Assembly: GCA_036172245.1 (NCBI GenBank)
Contig: JAYWIR010000054.1
Span: forward strand, 434,001-498,000
Length of the DNA: 64,000 nt
Source of the DNA: Raillietiella orientalis
Lineage: Eukaryota
Reading direction: 5' to 3'
The notes under the pieces are model-generated. The model worked only from the letters and a program-made list of their open reading frames with translations, searched no databases and had not been told where the DNA came from. The translations under genes were made by a program, and so were the position numbers. This document shows positions 23,290 to 34,800 of the stretch, piece by piece; within the stretch, counting starts at the first letter, position 1; the number at the start of each line of letters is the position of its first letter.

Positions 23290-25045
23290 ATGGAAAGTGC
23301 TCGCGTGTGGGACCAGATAGCGAGTGCGGTCGAAGTCGGGCAGACGAGCAGACTGGAGGAAATCCTGGAATCGCTGGGCATGCAGCACCCGATCCCATGC
23401 AAGGACTGCTTCCTGTCGCTACGCAACGCCTTCAGGAAAGACCCGTTCGAAGCTGCGGAGATTCTTCTCGCAGGAGAGGTGCTGGTGAAGCGCGAAGCGT
23501 TCCGGAAGACCCTGCAGCCGACCGACGTGGCCGTCGGCCTGCAGGACGTGGAAAGTGCGCAGGAGAGCTCGAGGGGAAGCGCCTCCGTTCCGGCCCGCAC
23601 CGAGCAAGGCAGCAGCACCCCTGTGCATCTGGCTGCGCAGTACGCGAACGAGCGCATCGTCGAGCTGCTGCTGACCGGCGAGGCGGACGTCCACGCGATC
23701 GACGCGAGAGGCATGGCACCCCTGCACATCGCCGTCGACAAAGAGTGCCTCTCCACGGTCAAGGATCTGTTGAAGCACGGCGCAAACGTGAACTGCGCGG
23801 ACGATGCCAGGTCGAAGGATTCCCCGCTCCAGAGAAGCAGCAAGGAAAATCCCGAGCCCACTCCACCTTCTTCGTACGACGGAGGGGCGCGGGTGTCCGC
23901 TTCCCACGAATACGGAGGGAACGCGTCTTCGAGGTACGCGGGAGGAACGACCGCGCTTCACGTCGCCTCCTGCAGGGGACGCTTCAAACTGTCGAAGTTT
24001 CTCCACGGAGCCGATGCCAACGCGATGGACGAGAACGGCACGACCCCTCTCCAGGTAGCCACTGGACAGCAGGATGCCGGCACAATGATGCTTCTGCTGA
24101 ATCACGAAGCCGACGTGAACGCCAGGAGGAACGACGGAGTCACCACCCTCCACCTGGCCCCCGAAAGACCCAAGGAGAAGATCGCGAAGCTGCTCCTGGA
24201 CCGCGAAGACGACGTCAACGCCGCAACAAAGGACGGAACCACTCCGCCGCACCTCGCGTCCATGAAATCGAACGAAGAGATCGTGAAACTTCTTTTTGCT
24301 TTACAGCGCTGACGTAAACGCGAAAGGCAACTTGGCAGCGAACCCCATGCAAACGGACATCAGCCTCGAAAGAGCAGGAATCGTCAAATTTCCGCGGGAT
24401 CACAACACTCCGGGCCTTGGTCGTTACCGGACGCGAGTCCACGGTGCGTCTCCGCTACCCACAAGGCCACCAGGCCTACCCGTCACCCCACTTCCCAAGC
24501 GCTTCCGGGTTCAATCGTCTTCCGAGTGCACCCCTTCACCCTTGATATCACACGAAAGCTCTTTCGGCTACGATGCCGCCATCACGTCCAGCAGTCCCAA
24601 GTCTCTCTCGGACAGTCCATTGAACTCGTCGTCCTCACCTTCCGACACGAAGGAATCCCTGAGTCCCATCCATGACGTTCATGCCATCCAGGAAGCACTC
24701 GAGAAGACACACAATCTCATTTTGTCGTGCCTGGATTCATGGAAAAATCCCGTGTACGGCGTCGCTCCATCGATCGACCACTTCAGAGGCAAGGCCAAAG
24801 AAAACGACGACGCAGGCACCATCCCCGGTATGGACTTCACGCTTCTGGTACGCTTCCACGAGCAACGGCTGCGAAATGTCGGCGGAATGTACACGTTGCT
24901 GGAATCGGGAAAATTCCGACGGGAAGGATTCAAGGAAGCAGTGTATCTGCGCCTAGACAACCTGGTCCCCAGTTACGACACGGCCATTGCATCGATGTAC
25001 ACAGCGTTGATGCCGTGGAAGGCAAAGCACTGCATCGTAGGATAA
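23290..25045 (+). pseudogene. Ankyrin-repeat protein (about 7 repeats), Ser/Pro linker and C-terminal death-domain-like module; one frameshift near 24295
   Basis: TPVHLAA, APLHIAV, TALHVAS, TPLQVAT, TTLHLA, TPPHLAS with ADVNA motifs. EIVKLL continues as LLYSADVNAKG in the next frame. C-terminus IPGMDF..YDTAIASMYTALM matches 11130-11320. Confidence 0.85.
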
Positions 25046-25399
25046 GAAAACTGAATGTTCCAGCCGCAAGCCCACGCCACGCGCGGGGAAGGGAGGGAAG
25101 TAAAGTCATTGGGAACGCGTTTGGGTCGAAGTGGAAGAAAGCCGGTGGCGTGTCAGCGTTTGCATGCACTTCTCCTAACCGCTCCCTTTTTTCGCGGTGA
25201 GGACGCGGCCGTGGCTTCGTGCTGTCCACGCAAAGAACGACTACGTCGAGAGTGGGCAGCACGAGCGGGCAGCCACCGCCCTCTTGGCCACCCGGTTCGT
25301 GTCGATCGCGGCGACCGGGAACCACGTGCGCAACTACCAAGCGGCACGCCAGCAGCGACGAGAACAGGCAAGCCTGATAGCCCGGGGGTGCTCCTAGGC

Positions 25400-26400
25400 C
25401 GACGGCGACCTCTGTCGATCGTGCGCGCTGCCTTCCCGGCAGACGACGGAAAGACGTCAGACTGCTACGTTCGTGACAGTCAAACAAGAGAGGGGGAATG
25501 CGCCACCGTCAAGGCGCGTCGGTCAGGGGTAGGGAGGGGATATTCAGAGGAAAAAAGGCGATGAAGAAGTCAGCGAAGAAGGGCGGGAGATTAATGAGGG
25601 AGCTCCAGAGCTCCCCGATGACTGCCTTTTAATGGCTCCTTCACCTGTTCTTGCAGATGAGGGAGACCGAGCTTCTTGTCGGTCGAGAGCGCTGCCCTGG
25701 CGGCAAACTGCGGTGCCGACCCGCGCTACCTACGATGGGGCACCCGTGCCCGAGTGAATGCGGCACGAACGGGCGAGCAAATGCTGCAACGGGGAGTGGA
25801 ATTTTCGTTTTCCTTCCGAAGCGCGTGGGTGGACGCCGGCCGGCAAACTGTGAAAGTCGCAATCAGCCAGCTTGTGAATCCGCCGTTTCGTGAGGTGTCG
25901 ACACGTCGAAAGAAGAGACAGGGTGAAGGAGGGAAGCGAAAGCTGGCAAAGGTCTTGAAGTGACAAACAGGATGCCAGACAACTGAAGGAACACCACATG
26001 AAAGAATGGGGGAAAGAGGGCGTACGAACTCGTGCCTCGCATTCTCCGAGATAAAATGTGGAGTCACTCTTGTCTACCTTTTATCTGGAACCCCCATGCC
26101 TCCATCCTCCATCCAGTTCATCCCTACCTAGTCTCATCGTTCATCCTCGCACCGCTCTTCCGGTAGCCTGACACACCAGCTGCGTGCATCTCAACTTCAG
26201 GACAAAACCCCTGTGTCTCCGTCAGGCTGAGTTTGGACCACACGGAAACGCTGAACACTTTCCAGAGCGCCGGATTGTCGTCATCCTGCGCGAAGACTTC
26301 CGCTTCAGCCGGGTTTTCGCTGTGGACCACCAGCACGGGGGACTTCACCACCATGGTACGACGCTCGTCGCCACAGGTCGACCGGACTAGAGGGTTGGCC
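25400..26400 (-). pseudogene. Decayed protein-kinase relic (mirror copy 34652-35652, +)
   Basis: RRTMVVK..AEAEVFAQDDDNP (subdomains II-IV), LHILSRRMRGTSSYALFPPFFHVVFLQLSGILF (VIa-VIb-like), RTGEGAIK..GELWS (IX-like). Confidence 0.45.
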
Positions 26401-27254
26401 AGCGATTCACCGCTGTGTTGCGACCCCAGACGACGACCTTTCAGGAAAACCCGCCGTTGCTCGCATGCGGGCAGAAGCGGACTGCCACGAAGCGCAGTCG
26501 GCGATCGGGAGAGGCTGCCTCCACTGCTGGACGTCGCCAAGGAGGAGGTCGCACTGGCGAGATGCTCTTGTGCTCTGTGAGTGCCTGGCTCCCGCAGGGG
26601 ACGGGTGTGTGGGTGTCTCTTCGGATGCTGATACCAATGGCGGTCTGTCCGTTCCTGTTTCGCATTGACTGGCCCGCGCGCCCAGCTGGACGCAAATTCC
26701 GAACAGGAAGCAAAGACTACCCTGTTTCTTCGCCCGAGACAAAACTGGAGAGGTGCGCCCTTCTCAAGGAAGCTGCAACGGATCGGCTCCCTGCTTCCCT
26801 TTCTGAAGGAAACGCATTTTTTTCTGATGGATCGCTCCCGGAAGGGAGAGGAGCACTTCTGCACTCTCTGGAGAGGTATCAATCAATGAAGGGATTCCTT
26901 CGAGAAATCCCGTTTTCAGAGCTACAGGAGTGGAGCCCCGAAGGGAAGCGATGTTCTGATTCCCGGAAGCACCCCGAAGGGTCGACATCCAATCCCAGAG
27001 TTGGTCACCGCTGCATCAATCTTCCACCAGTCAGTGCCACAGCCGGGACCCTCAGGCCAGCCAGGCTCTTCCTGCATGAAGAATTCAAAACCTCCGACGC
27101 AGCTCCCGTTCTGGGCGCCGGTTCTTCTCCGGGAGCGATTCGAACCCGCCAAGCCTCGTGCCACGCGCGCCGAACAAATGGAGAGTCGCTCAAGGGCACC
27201 GCAAAGCGAGGAAGCTGCGAACAGGATGCCGCTCGCGGTGAGTCGTCACGGAGA

Positions 27255-29162
27255 TGAGGAACACGAGGGTTTCAGCCGGTTGCTTCCCCCGCTGGAGCAG
27301 CGAGTCGACGGGTTCCACGGGAGTCTCGTCGAAGTCGCAGCACAGGAGATGAAAGGGTTACCCTTTGATCAGCTGCGTTGCTGGACGCCTAACCGGAACC
27401 AAAAGGTTACACTTGGGACAGCATTCTCCTTCTTACCTAAAGAAGTTGGTTGGTATCTGAGTCCCCTGAAGAAGAAAAGGCGAAACTCAGGGTTGCTATT
27501 GGCCACTGCGAAAATCCTGATAGGGAAGAGCTGAAATTCGAAAGCCGCGGTCGTTGGTTCGTGGTCAAATGCCAGACTCGGAGAGGGCGAAAGAGACGAG
27601 GGAGGAAGAAGCAGGTGGCCCCCGGACCACGAAGAAGAGTTTACATGGGGAAGTGAGGAATCTGGAGAAACGCCAGGAAGGGATATGTCGGCAACCTTGC
27701 GACTTCCAGGAGAATCACTGTGCACAGAGCATTAGTGCTTCGATGGCTGAGAATCCCAGAAAACGGCCAATCTACCTTGCTGGCAGTAACGAGATGGTTG
27801 CTCTGGTGATCTTGGGGCTTTCTGGGATCCTTCAAAAGTACGGCATGGCAAGCCGATCGACCTCGCCGCGTTTCCTGTCGGTCTCCTCGGCACTTACTCC
27901 GCTGCCACCCGCGTTCCCAGCGGAGGCAGCGTTCGCTCCTCCGCCTCTCCCAAGACACGTCGTCTTCTTCAGCCTACCCTGCTCTATGGTTTCTTTCCGT
28001 CCTCGTCTTCTGAGGTGGCCGTAAGCCGCCGAAGAGTCCGGTTGCCGATTGCCCTTCCGAGAGGCATGGAAGCCTCGAAGTCGCTGACGCGAGGTTCCCT
28101 GGAAACGGGCGTACTGCGTCCGCTGCGCCGCGGAATTCAGGCGTGCCCTTCTGCTTAGCGGAGGCAACCATCGGTGGTCGAGAGCCCGTTTCCGAAAGGA
28201 AATGCATCCGTCAGCTCACTGGGACTCGCGTTTGTCCCCCACCAGGGTCGCGGCAACGAGCCAGTCCTTGCTCCAGAAAACCTGGGCTCGAGCAACACAG
28301 ACTGAGGTATGTCAAAGGAACGGCAGGTCTTCACCATCACCGCGGAAACTTCCGGCACTTTCGGTGGGACGCTGAGGAGTTTTCCTTGAAGTGCAAGCTC
28401 TCCACGAGAGGTGACCTCTTCTGCGGCTTTAGCGAGCTGTCCCGCAGCACAGTCTCCTAGATCGCGCAGGATACCTCCCACGTTTCCGGTTGGCAGGTGC
28501 CAAGGATCCCGGAAGCGGAAGACCCGGCTGCGGCAAAGAGGTTGACTCGCGGGCAGGACTGCAGCCCTCTGCCCACCGCCACCGCGGATCTTTCTGCATT
28601 CTGGTCGTGTTGACGGCACTTGGTCACCTCACTCGCGGGTCTCGTCTGATCGCCCTACGTTGGAACTGTCTCCTTCCGTCAGATGTAGGTGTTCGTGCGG
28701 CTGAGGAGATTGGCTGGCTGCAAAACAGAAGATGTAAAAGAAGAGATTGCACATCCGGCACGAGTTCTCCTTTTTCAAGGTGCGTCTCTTGACCCTAGCA
28801 CTGATGTAAATCCCGTTCTTGAACTTACGAAGTGCTCCGATCGCGTGCTGCGGAGCCGCTGAAAGTTGGCCGGGAGTACTGCTCGCTCACATGCCGGGAC
28901 TAACGAAAGGAAAGCCCGGTTTCCAGCTAGGAAACCGGCGCCACATATGCCGGCACCCTGAAAACACAAGAGAGCTCAGGACCCCTTGCGCCCTTCACGG
29001 AAGTCCTCGCAGCCCTCAAGCAGATTGCAGAATACTACTTCACAGTCGAAGCAAACGAAACGTTCTTAAAAAAGGGGTAACGCTGTCCTCCCTGAGATGG
29101 CATGGGGCCACGCTTCTTCCACAGGACAGCACCGCCCTTCCATTGTTAACATGGAGACCACC
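27255..29162 (+). pseudogene. Death-domain-like tail plus Pelle/IRAK-like kinase relic, truncated at the arm end
   Basis: EGFSRLLPPLEQRVDGFHGSL then MKGLPFDQLRCWTPNRNQKVTLG. Paralogous to 7745-9070, with an extra ~590 bp (27605-28195). Confidence 0.6.
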
Positions 29163-29821
29163 TGTCGCGAAGAGACGATATGCGTCTCCAAAATGACATC
29201 ACGGCATCATGAATAATACTGGCTCGCTATCCTCTTATACTGAACGCCTTGAAGCTGAATCATGTAGCAACCTGAGAGCGTGGCCCCCGATGTGGTTTTA
29301 GATTTGCTTTTCTATTTCTTTGAGCAGTAAAGGAGTCGCTTCTTTATCGTTCACATCTCTGTCAGGCGTCGTTCCCTCAGTAAAGCTATCCATCTCTTCA
29401 GTGTTTTCCATTGGCAAGCTGCAAATTCTTTTCCTGTCGGGAGATGGTGGCGAATTCTACGACGAACAGCTTCCTATTCTTCGTCCGATGATCGTTCGTA
29501 AATGAATGCAGACATAGATGAATTGTGAGATGACAATTCATTTATGTCTTGGATTCCTTGTCCGAGGCCATCTAGAGATTCCCACTCGTTCCCGACGAAT
29601 TCCTTTGGGAATGTCTGTGAGGTTCTCCGCCGATAAGGCCGTCTGGAAGGTGAAAGCGAAGCGTCTTCAGCTTCGGTTTCAGGTTGCAACATGCCAATGC
29701 CCTTAGAGGTTGCTGGAAGATTTCCACTTGGAAATGGTCACTCAGGGGATATCCCGGACATATCAAAGGAACTTTTGGTCTTCAAAGGATATCCTGTGGG
29801 CGTGGGTGTAATGGCGATGTT

Positions 29822-31658
29822 TCAAGGTTGGGAAACTTCTTCATCTTTAAAAGTAGCAGATGTAGAGGGGAAACCAGCAAAGATTTTGGTTCTTTGTATG
29901 GTTGCATAAGGTCGATACCTGAATGAATCGCTAGTGGATGGTAATTTTATGCTCCATGATTGCCCCATTAAGCTTGCAGGAGATGATTTTCTTGGTGTCC
30001 GAGTCGTTGCAAAGGATTCATCAATTTTTGGTAAATTCGAATACCTTTCAAGTGATCTAAGGTATTCAGGGTATTTCCCATAGGGTTCTTCAATAGAGAT
30101 CTTCCTGGGAGCAGTATCAATGAGTTTGAAAGGCAATAGTTCGTGTTCTGCAACAGGTTTTGAGAAGCCAACTGGAACAAAAGGTTTCGTTAGTCCTGAA
30201 GCAGGTAATGGAGTAGACCAAGATGGCTGTTGTGCAACAGTAACTTTAGGACGCCCTGCGACAGATTTCGAACGAAGATCTGCAACACTGGGGGCTATCG
30301 GTGATGGGATAGCAGATGGAACAGGTCCAGTAGGCAATGGTTCGAGAGTATCTCTCAGGGGCGCTGCGGTAGGTTGCCCTACAGCGGATGTCGAGGGTTG
30401 AACTGAATCTCTGGGTCTCCTGGCTCGTGTGGAACGAGGTTCAGTAGGCGATATTCGATCTCGAGCAACAGCAGCTTCACGGCGCCCTACGGACCTTTTA
30501 GGACGACGATCTGTAACACTGGGGTCTCTCGGTGGAGGGGCAGAAGATGGAACAGGTCCAGTAGGCAATGGTTCGAGAGTATCTCTCGGGGGCGCTGCGG
30601 TAGGTTGATCTACAGCGGATGTCGAGGGTTGAACTGAATCTCTGGGTCTCTTGGCTCGTGTGGAACGAGGTTCAGTAGGCGATAGTCGATCTCGAGCAAC
30701 AGCAGCTTCACGGCGCCCTACGGACCTTTTAGGACGACGATCTGTAACACTGGGGTCTCTCGGTGGACGAGCAGAAGATGGAACAGGTCCAGTAGGCAAT
30801 GGTTCGAGAGTATCTCTCGGGGGCGCTGCGGTAGGTTGCCCTACAGCGGATGTCGAGGGTTGAACTGAATCTCTGGGTCTCCTGGCTCGTGTGGAACGAG
30901 GTTCAGTAGGCGATAGTCGATCTCGAGCAACAGCAGCTTCACGGCGCCCTACGGACCTTTTAGGACGACGATCTGTAACACTGGGGTCTCTCGGTGGACG
31001 AGCAGAAGATGGAACAGGTCCAGTAGGCAATGGTTCGAGAGTATCTCTCGGGGGCGCTGCGGTAGGTTGATCTACAGCGGATGTCGAGGGTTGAACTGAA
31101 TCTCTGGGTCTCCTGGCTCGTGTGGAACGAGGTTCAGAATGCGATATTTGATCTCGTGCAGCACCAGCTTCACAGCGCCCTACGGACCTTTTAGGACGAC
31201 GATTTGTAACACTGGGGTCTCTCGGTGGAGGGGAGGAAGATGGAACAGGTCCAGTAGGCAATGGTTCGAGAGTATCTCTTGGGGGCGCTGCGGTAGGTTG
31301 CCCTACGGCAAATGTCGATGGTTGAACTGAATCCCTGGTTCTTCTAAATCCTGGGAAACGAAGTCTAGCAAGCGATATTCGACCTCGTGAAACAGCAACT
31401 TTACGACGACCAACGGGCCATTTCGCGAGAAGAAATGGAGCACTGGGTGCTCTAGAAAGTAAAGGCTGATCTCTGGATGTGGGTACAGTACGCAGCCAAG
31501 GAACACAGACTCGAGGACCGTTTGCAATTTGCCCCTGGCCTCCATTAAGAGATGGAGGGCGCATCAAGTCCAAGGGATCACTGCGAGATCGTGGATTAGC
31601 ATAGGAAACATGCAACCAACTTTTCTTACCGTGTTGCAGCGTGTTTAGCAGACTTCAT
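29822..31658 (-). CDS. Spliced paralogue of 9287-11369 with a 77-aa Pro/Arg/Ser/Thr-rich tandem array
   Basis: ATG 31658; the same 49-bp intron (31629-31581); open for about 590 codons. Shares RPPSLNGGQGQIANGPRVCVPW. A truncated death-domain-like relic follows at 29423-29253. Confidence 0.65.
30260..31430 (-). repeat. 231-bp coding tandem repeat, about 5 units
   Basis: ctacagcggatgtcgagggttgaactgaatc recurs at about 30379, 30610, 30841, 31072 and (diverged) 31303. Confidence 0.97.
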
Positions 31659-31889
31659 GGTAAATGTAAGCGGAAGAGGGAAGGAAGCAGGCACTAGCTA
31701 TAGGGAAATGAAGAATAAGGTTTCCAAGGAAACCATATACTTCGTATTCCACGTGTCCGCTTGCTCGCTGACCTTCGCTTTTACGATAGCAACGTTTCAC
31801 CTCCGGTACAAGTTGCGCTAATAATGTGTAACCCGAGGGATTCCGAGGCCATCCAGTACGGCGTTGATGACTTTAAGGACGATGGCCAG

Positions 31890-34800
31890 GGTGGTCTCCA
31901 TGTTAACAATGGAAGGGCGGTGCTGTCCTGTTGAAGAAGCGTGGCCCCATGCCATCTCAGGGAGGACAGCGTTACCCCTTTTTTAAGAACGTTTCGTTTG
32001 CTTCGACTGTGAAGTAGTATTCTGCAATCTGCTTGAGGGCTGCGAGGACTTCCGTGAAGGGCGCAAGGGGTCCTGAGCTCTCTTGTGTTTTCAGGGTGCC
32101 GGCATATGTGGCGCCGGTTTCCTAGCTGGAAACCGGGCTTTCCTTTCGTTAGTCCCGGCATGTGAGCGAGCAGTACTCCCGGCCAACTTTCAGCGGCTCC
32201 GCAGCACGCGATCGGAGCACTTCGTAAGTTCAAGAACGGGATTTACATCAGTGCTAGGGTCAAGAGACGCACCTTGAAAAAGGAGAACTCGTGCCGGATG
32301 TGCAATCTCTTCTTTTACATCTTCTGTTTTGCAGCCAGCCAATCTCCTCAGCCGCACGAACACCTACATCTGACGGAAGGAGACAGTTCCAACGTAGGGC
32401 GATCAGACGAGACCCGCGAGTGAGGTGACCAAGTGCCGTCAACACGACCAGAATGCAGAAAGATCCGCGGTGGCGGTGGGCAGAGGGCTGCAGTCCTGCC
32501 CGCGAGTCAACCTCTTTGCCGCAGCCGGGTCTTCCGCTTCCGGGATCCTTGGCACCTGCCAACCGGAAACGTGGGAGGTATCCTGCGCGATCTAGGAGAC
32601 TGTGCTGCGGGACAGCTCGCTAAAGCCGCAGAAGAGGTCACCTCTCGTGGAGAGCTTGCACTTCAAGGAAAACTCCTCAGCGTCCCACCGAAAGTGCCGG
32701 AAGTTTCCGCGGTGATGGTGAAGACCTGCCGTTCCTTTGACATACCTCAGTCTGTGTTGCTCGAGCCCAGGTTTTCTGGAGCAAGGACTGGCTCGTTGCC
32801 GCGACCCTGGTGGGGGACAAACGCGAGTCCCAGTGAGCTGACGGATGCATTTCCTTTCGGAAACGGGCTCTCGACCACCGATGGTTGCCTCCGCTAAGCA
32901 GAAGGGCACGCCTGAATTCCGCGGCGCAGCGGACGCAGTACGCCCGTTTCCAGGGAACCTCGCGTCAGCGACTTCGAGGCTTCCATGCCTCTCGGAAGGG
33001 CAATCGGCAACCGGACTCTTCGGCGGCTTACGGCCACCTCAGAAGACGAGGACGGAAAGAAACCATAGAGCAGGGTAGGCTGAAGAAGACGACGTGTCTT
33101 GGGAGAGGCGGAGGAGCGAACGCTGCCTCCGCTGGGAACGCGGGTGGCAGCGGAGTAAGTGCCGAGGAGACCGACAGGAAACGCGGCGAGGTCGATCGGC
33201 TTGCCATGCCGTACTTTTGAAGGATCCCAGAAAGCCCCAAGATCACCAGAGCAACCATCTCGTTACTGCCAGCAAGGTAGATTGGCCGTTTTCTGGGATT
33301 CTCAGCCATCGAAGCACTAATGCTCTGTGCACAGTGATTCTCCTGGAAGTCGCAAGGTTGCCGACATATCCCTTCCTGGCGTTTCTCCAGATTCCTCACT
33401 TCCCCATGTAAACTCTTCTTCGTGGTCCGGGGGCCACCTGCTTCTTCCTCCCTCGTCTCTTTCGCCCTCTCCGAGTCTGGCATTTGACCACGAACCAACG
33501 ACCGCGGCTTTCGAATTTCAGCTCTTCCCTATCAGGATTTTCGCAGTGGCCAATAGCAACCCTGAGTTTCGCCTTTTCTTCTTCAGGGGACTCAGATACC
33601 AACCAACTTCTTTAGGTAAGAAGGAGAATGCTGTCCCAAGTGTAACCTTTTGGTTCCGGTTAGGCGTCCAGCAACGCAGCTGATCAAAGGGTAACCCTTT
33701 CATCTCCTGTGCTGCGACTTCGACGAGACTCCCGTGGAACCCGTCGACTCGCTGCTCCAGCGGGGGAAGCAACCGGCTGAAACCCTCGTGTTCCTCATCT
33801 CCGTGACGACTCACCGCGAGCGGCATCCTGTTCGCAGCTTCCTCGCTTTGCGGTGCCCTTGAGCGACTCTCCATTTGTTCGGCGCGCGTGGCACGAGGCT
33901 TGGCGGGTTCGAATCGCTCCCGGAGAAGAACCGGCGCCCAGAACGGGAGCTGCGTCGGAGGTTTTGAATTCTTCATGCAGGAAGAGCCTGGCTGGCCTGA
34001 GGGTCCCGGCTGTGGCACTGACTGGTGGAAGATTGATGCAGCGGTGACCAACTCTGGGATTGGATGTCGACCCTTCGGGGTGCTTCCGGGAATCAGAACA
34101 TCGCTTCCCTTCGGGGCTCCACTCCTGTAGCTCTGAAAACGGGATTTCTCGAAGGAATCCCTTCATTGATTGATACCTCTCCAGAGAGTGCAGAAGTGCT
34201 CCTCTCCCTTCCGGGAGCGATCCATCAGAAAAAAATGCGTTTCCTTCAGAAAGGGAAGCAGGGAGCCGATCCGTTGCAGCTTCCTTGAGAAGGGCGCACC
34301 TCTCCAGTTTTGTCTCGGGCGAAGAAACAGGGTAGTCTTTGCTTCCTGTTCGGAATTTGCGTCCAGCTGGGCGCGCGGGCCAGTCAATGCGAAACAGGAA
34401 CGGACAGACCGCCATTGGTATCAGCATCCGAAGAGACACCCACACACCCGTCCCCTGCGGGAGCCAGGCACTCACAGAGCACAAGAGCATCTCGCCAGTG
34501 CGACCTCCTCCTTGGCGACGTCCAGCAGTGGAGGCAGCCTCTCCCGATCGCCGACTGCGCTTCGTGGCAGTCCGCTTCTGCCCGCATGCGAGCAACGGCG
34601 GGTTTTCCTGAAAGGTCGTCGTCTGGGGTCGCAACACAGCGGTGAATCGCTGGCCAACCCTCTAGTCCGGTCGACCTGTGGCGACGAGCGTCGTACCATG
34701 GTGGTGAAGTCCCCCGTGCTGGTGGTCCACAGCGAAAACCCGGCTGAAGCGGAAGTCTTCGCGCAGGATGACGACAATCCGGCGCTCTGGAAAGTGTTCA

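Larger units (their letters stand above)
22153..29162 (+). repeat. Left arm of 7010-bp inverted duplication
   Basis: Every ORF is mirrored with coordinate sum 61052; both ends traced base by base. Confidence 0.98.

Noticed and set aside
23166..24317. Overlapping ORFs 23307-24317(+), 23419-24252(-), 23166-23861(-) as separate genes
   Set aside because: Alternative-frame and antisense shadows of the GC-rich ankyrin frame; no motifs.
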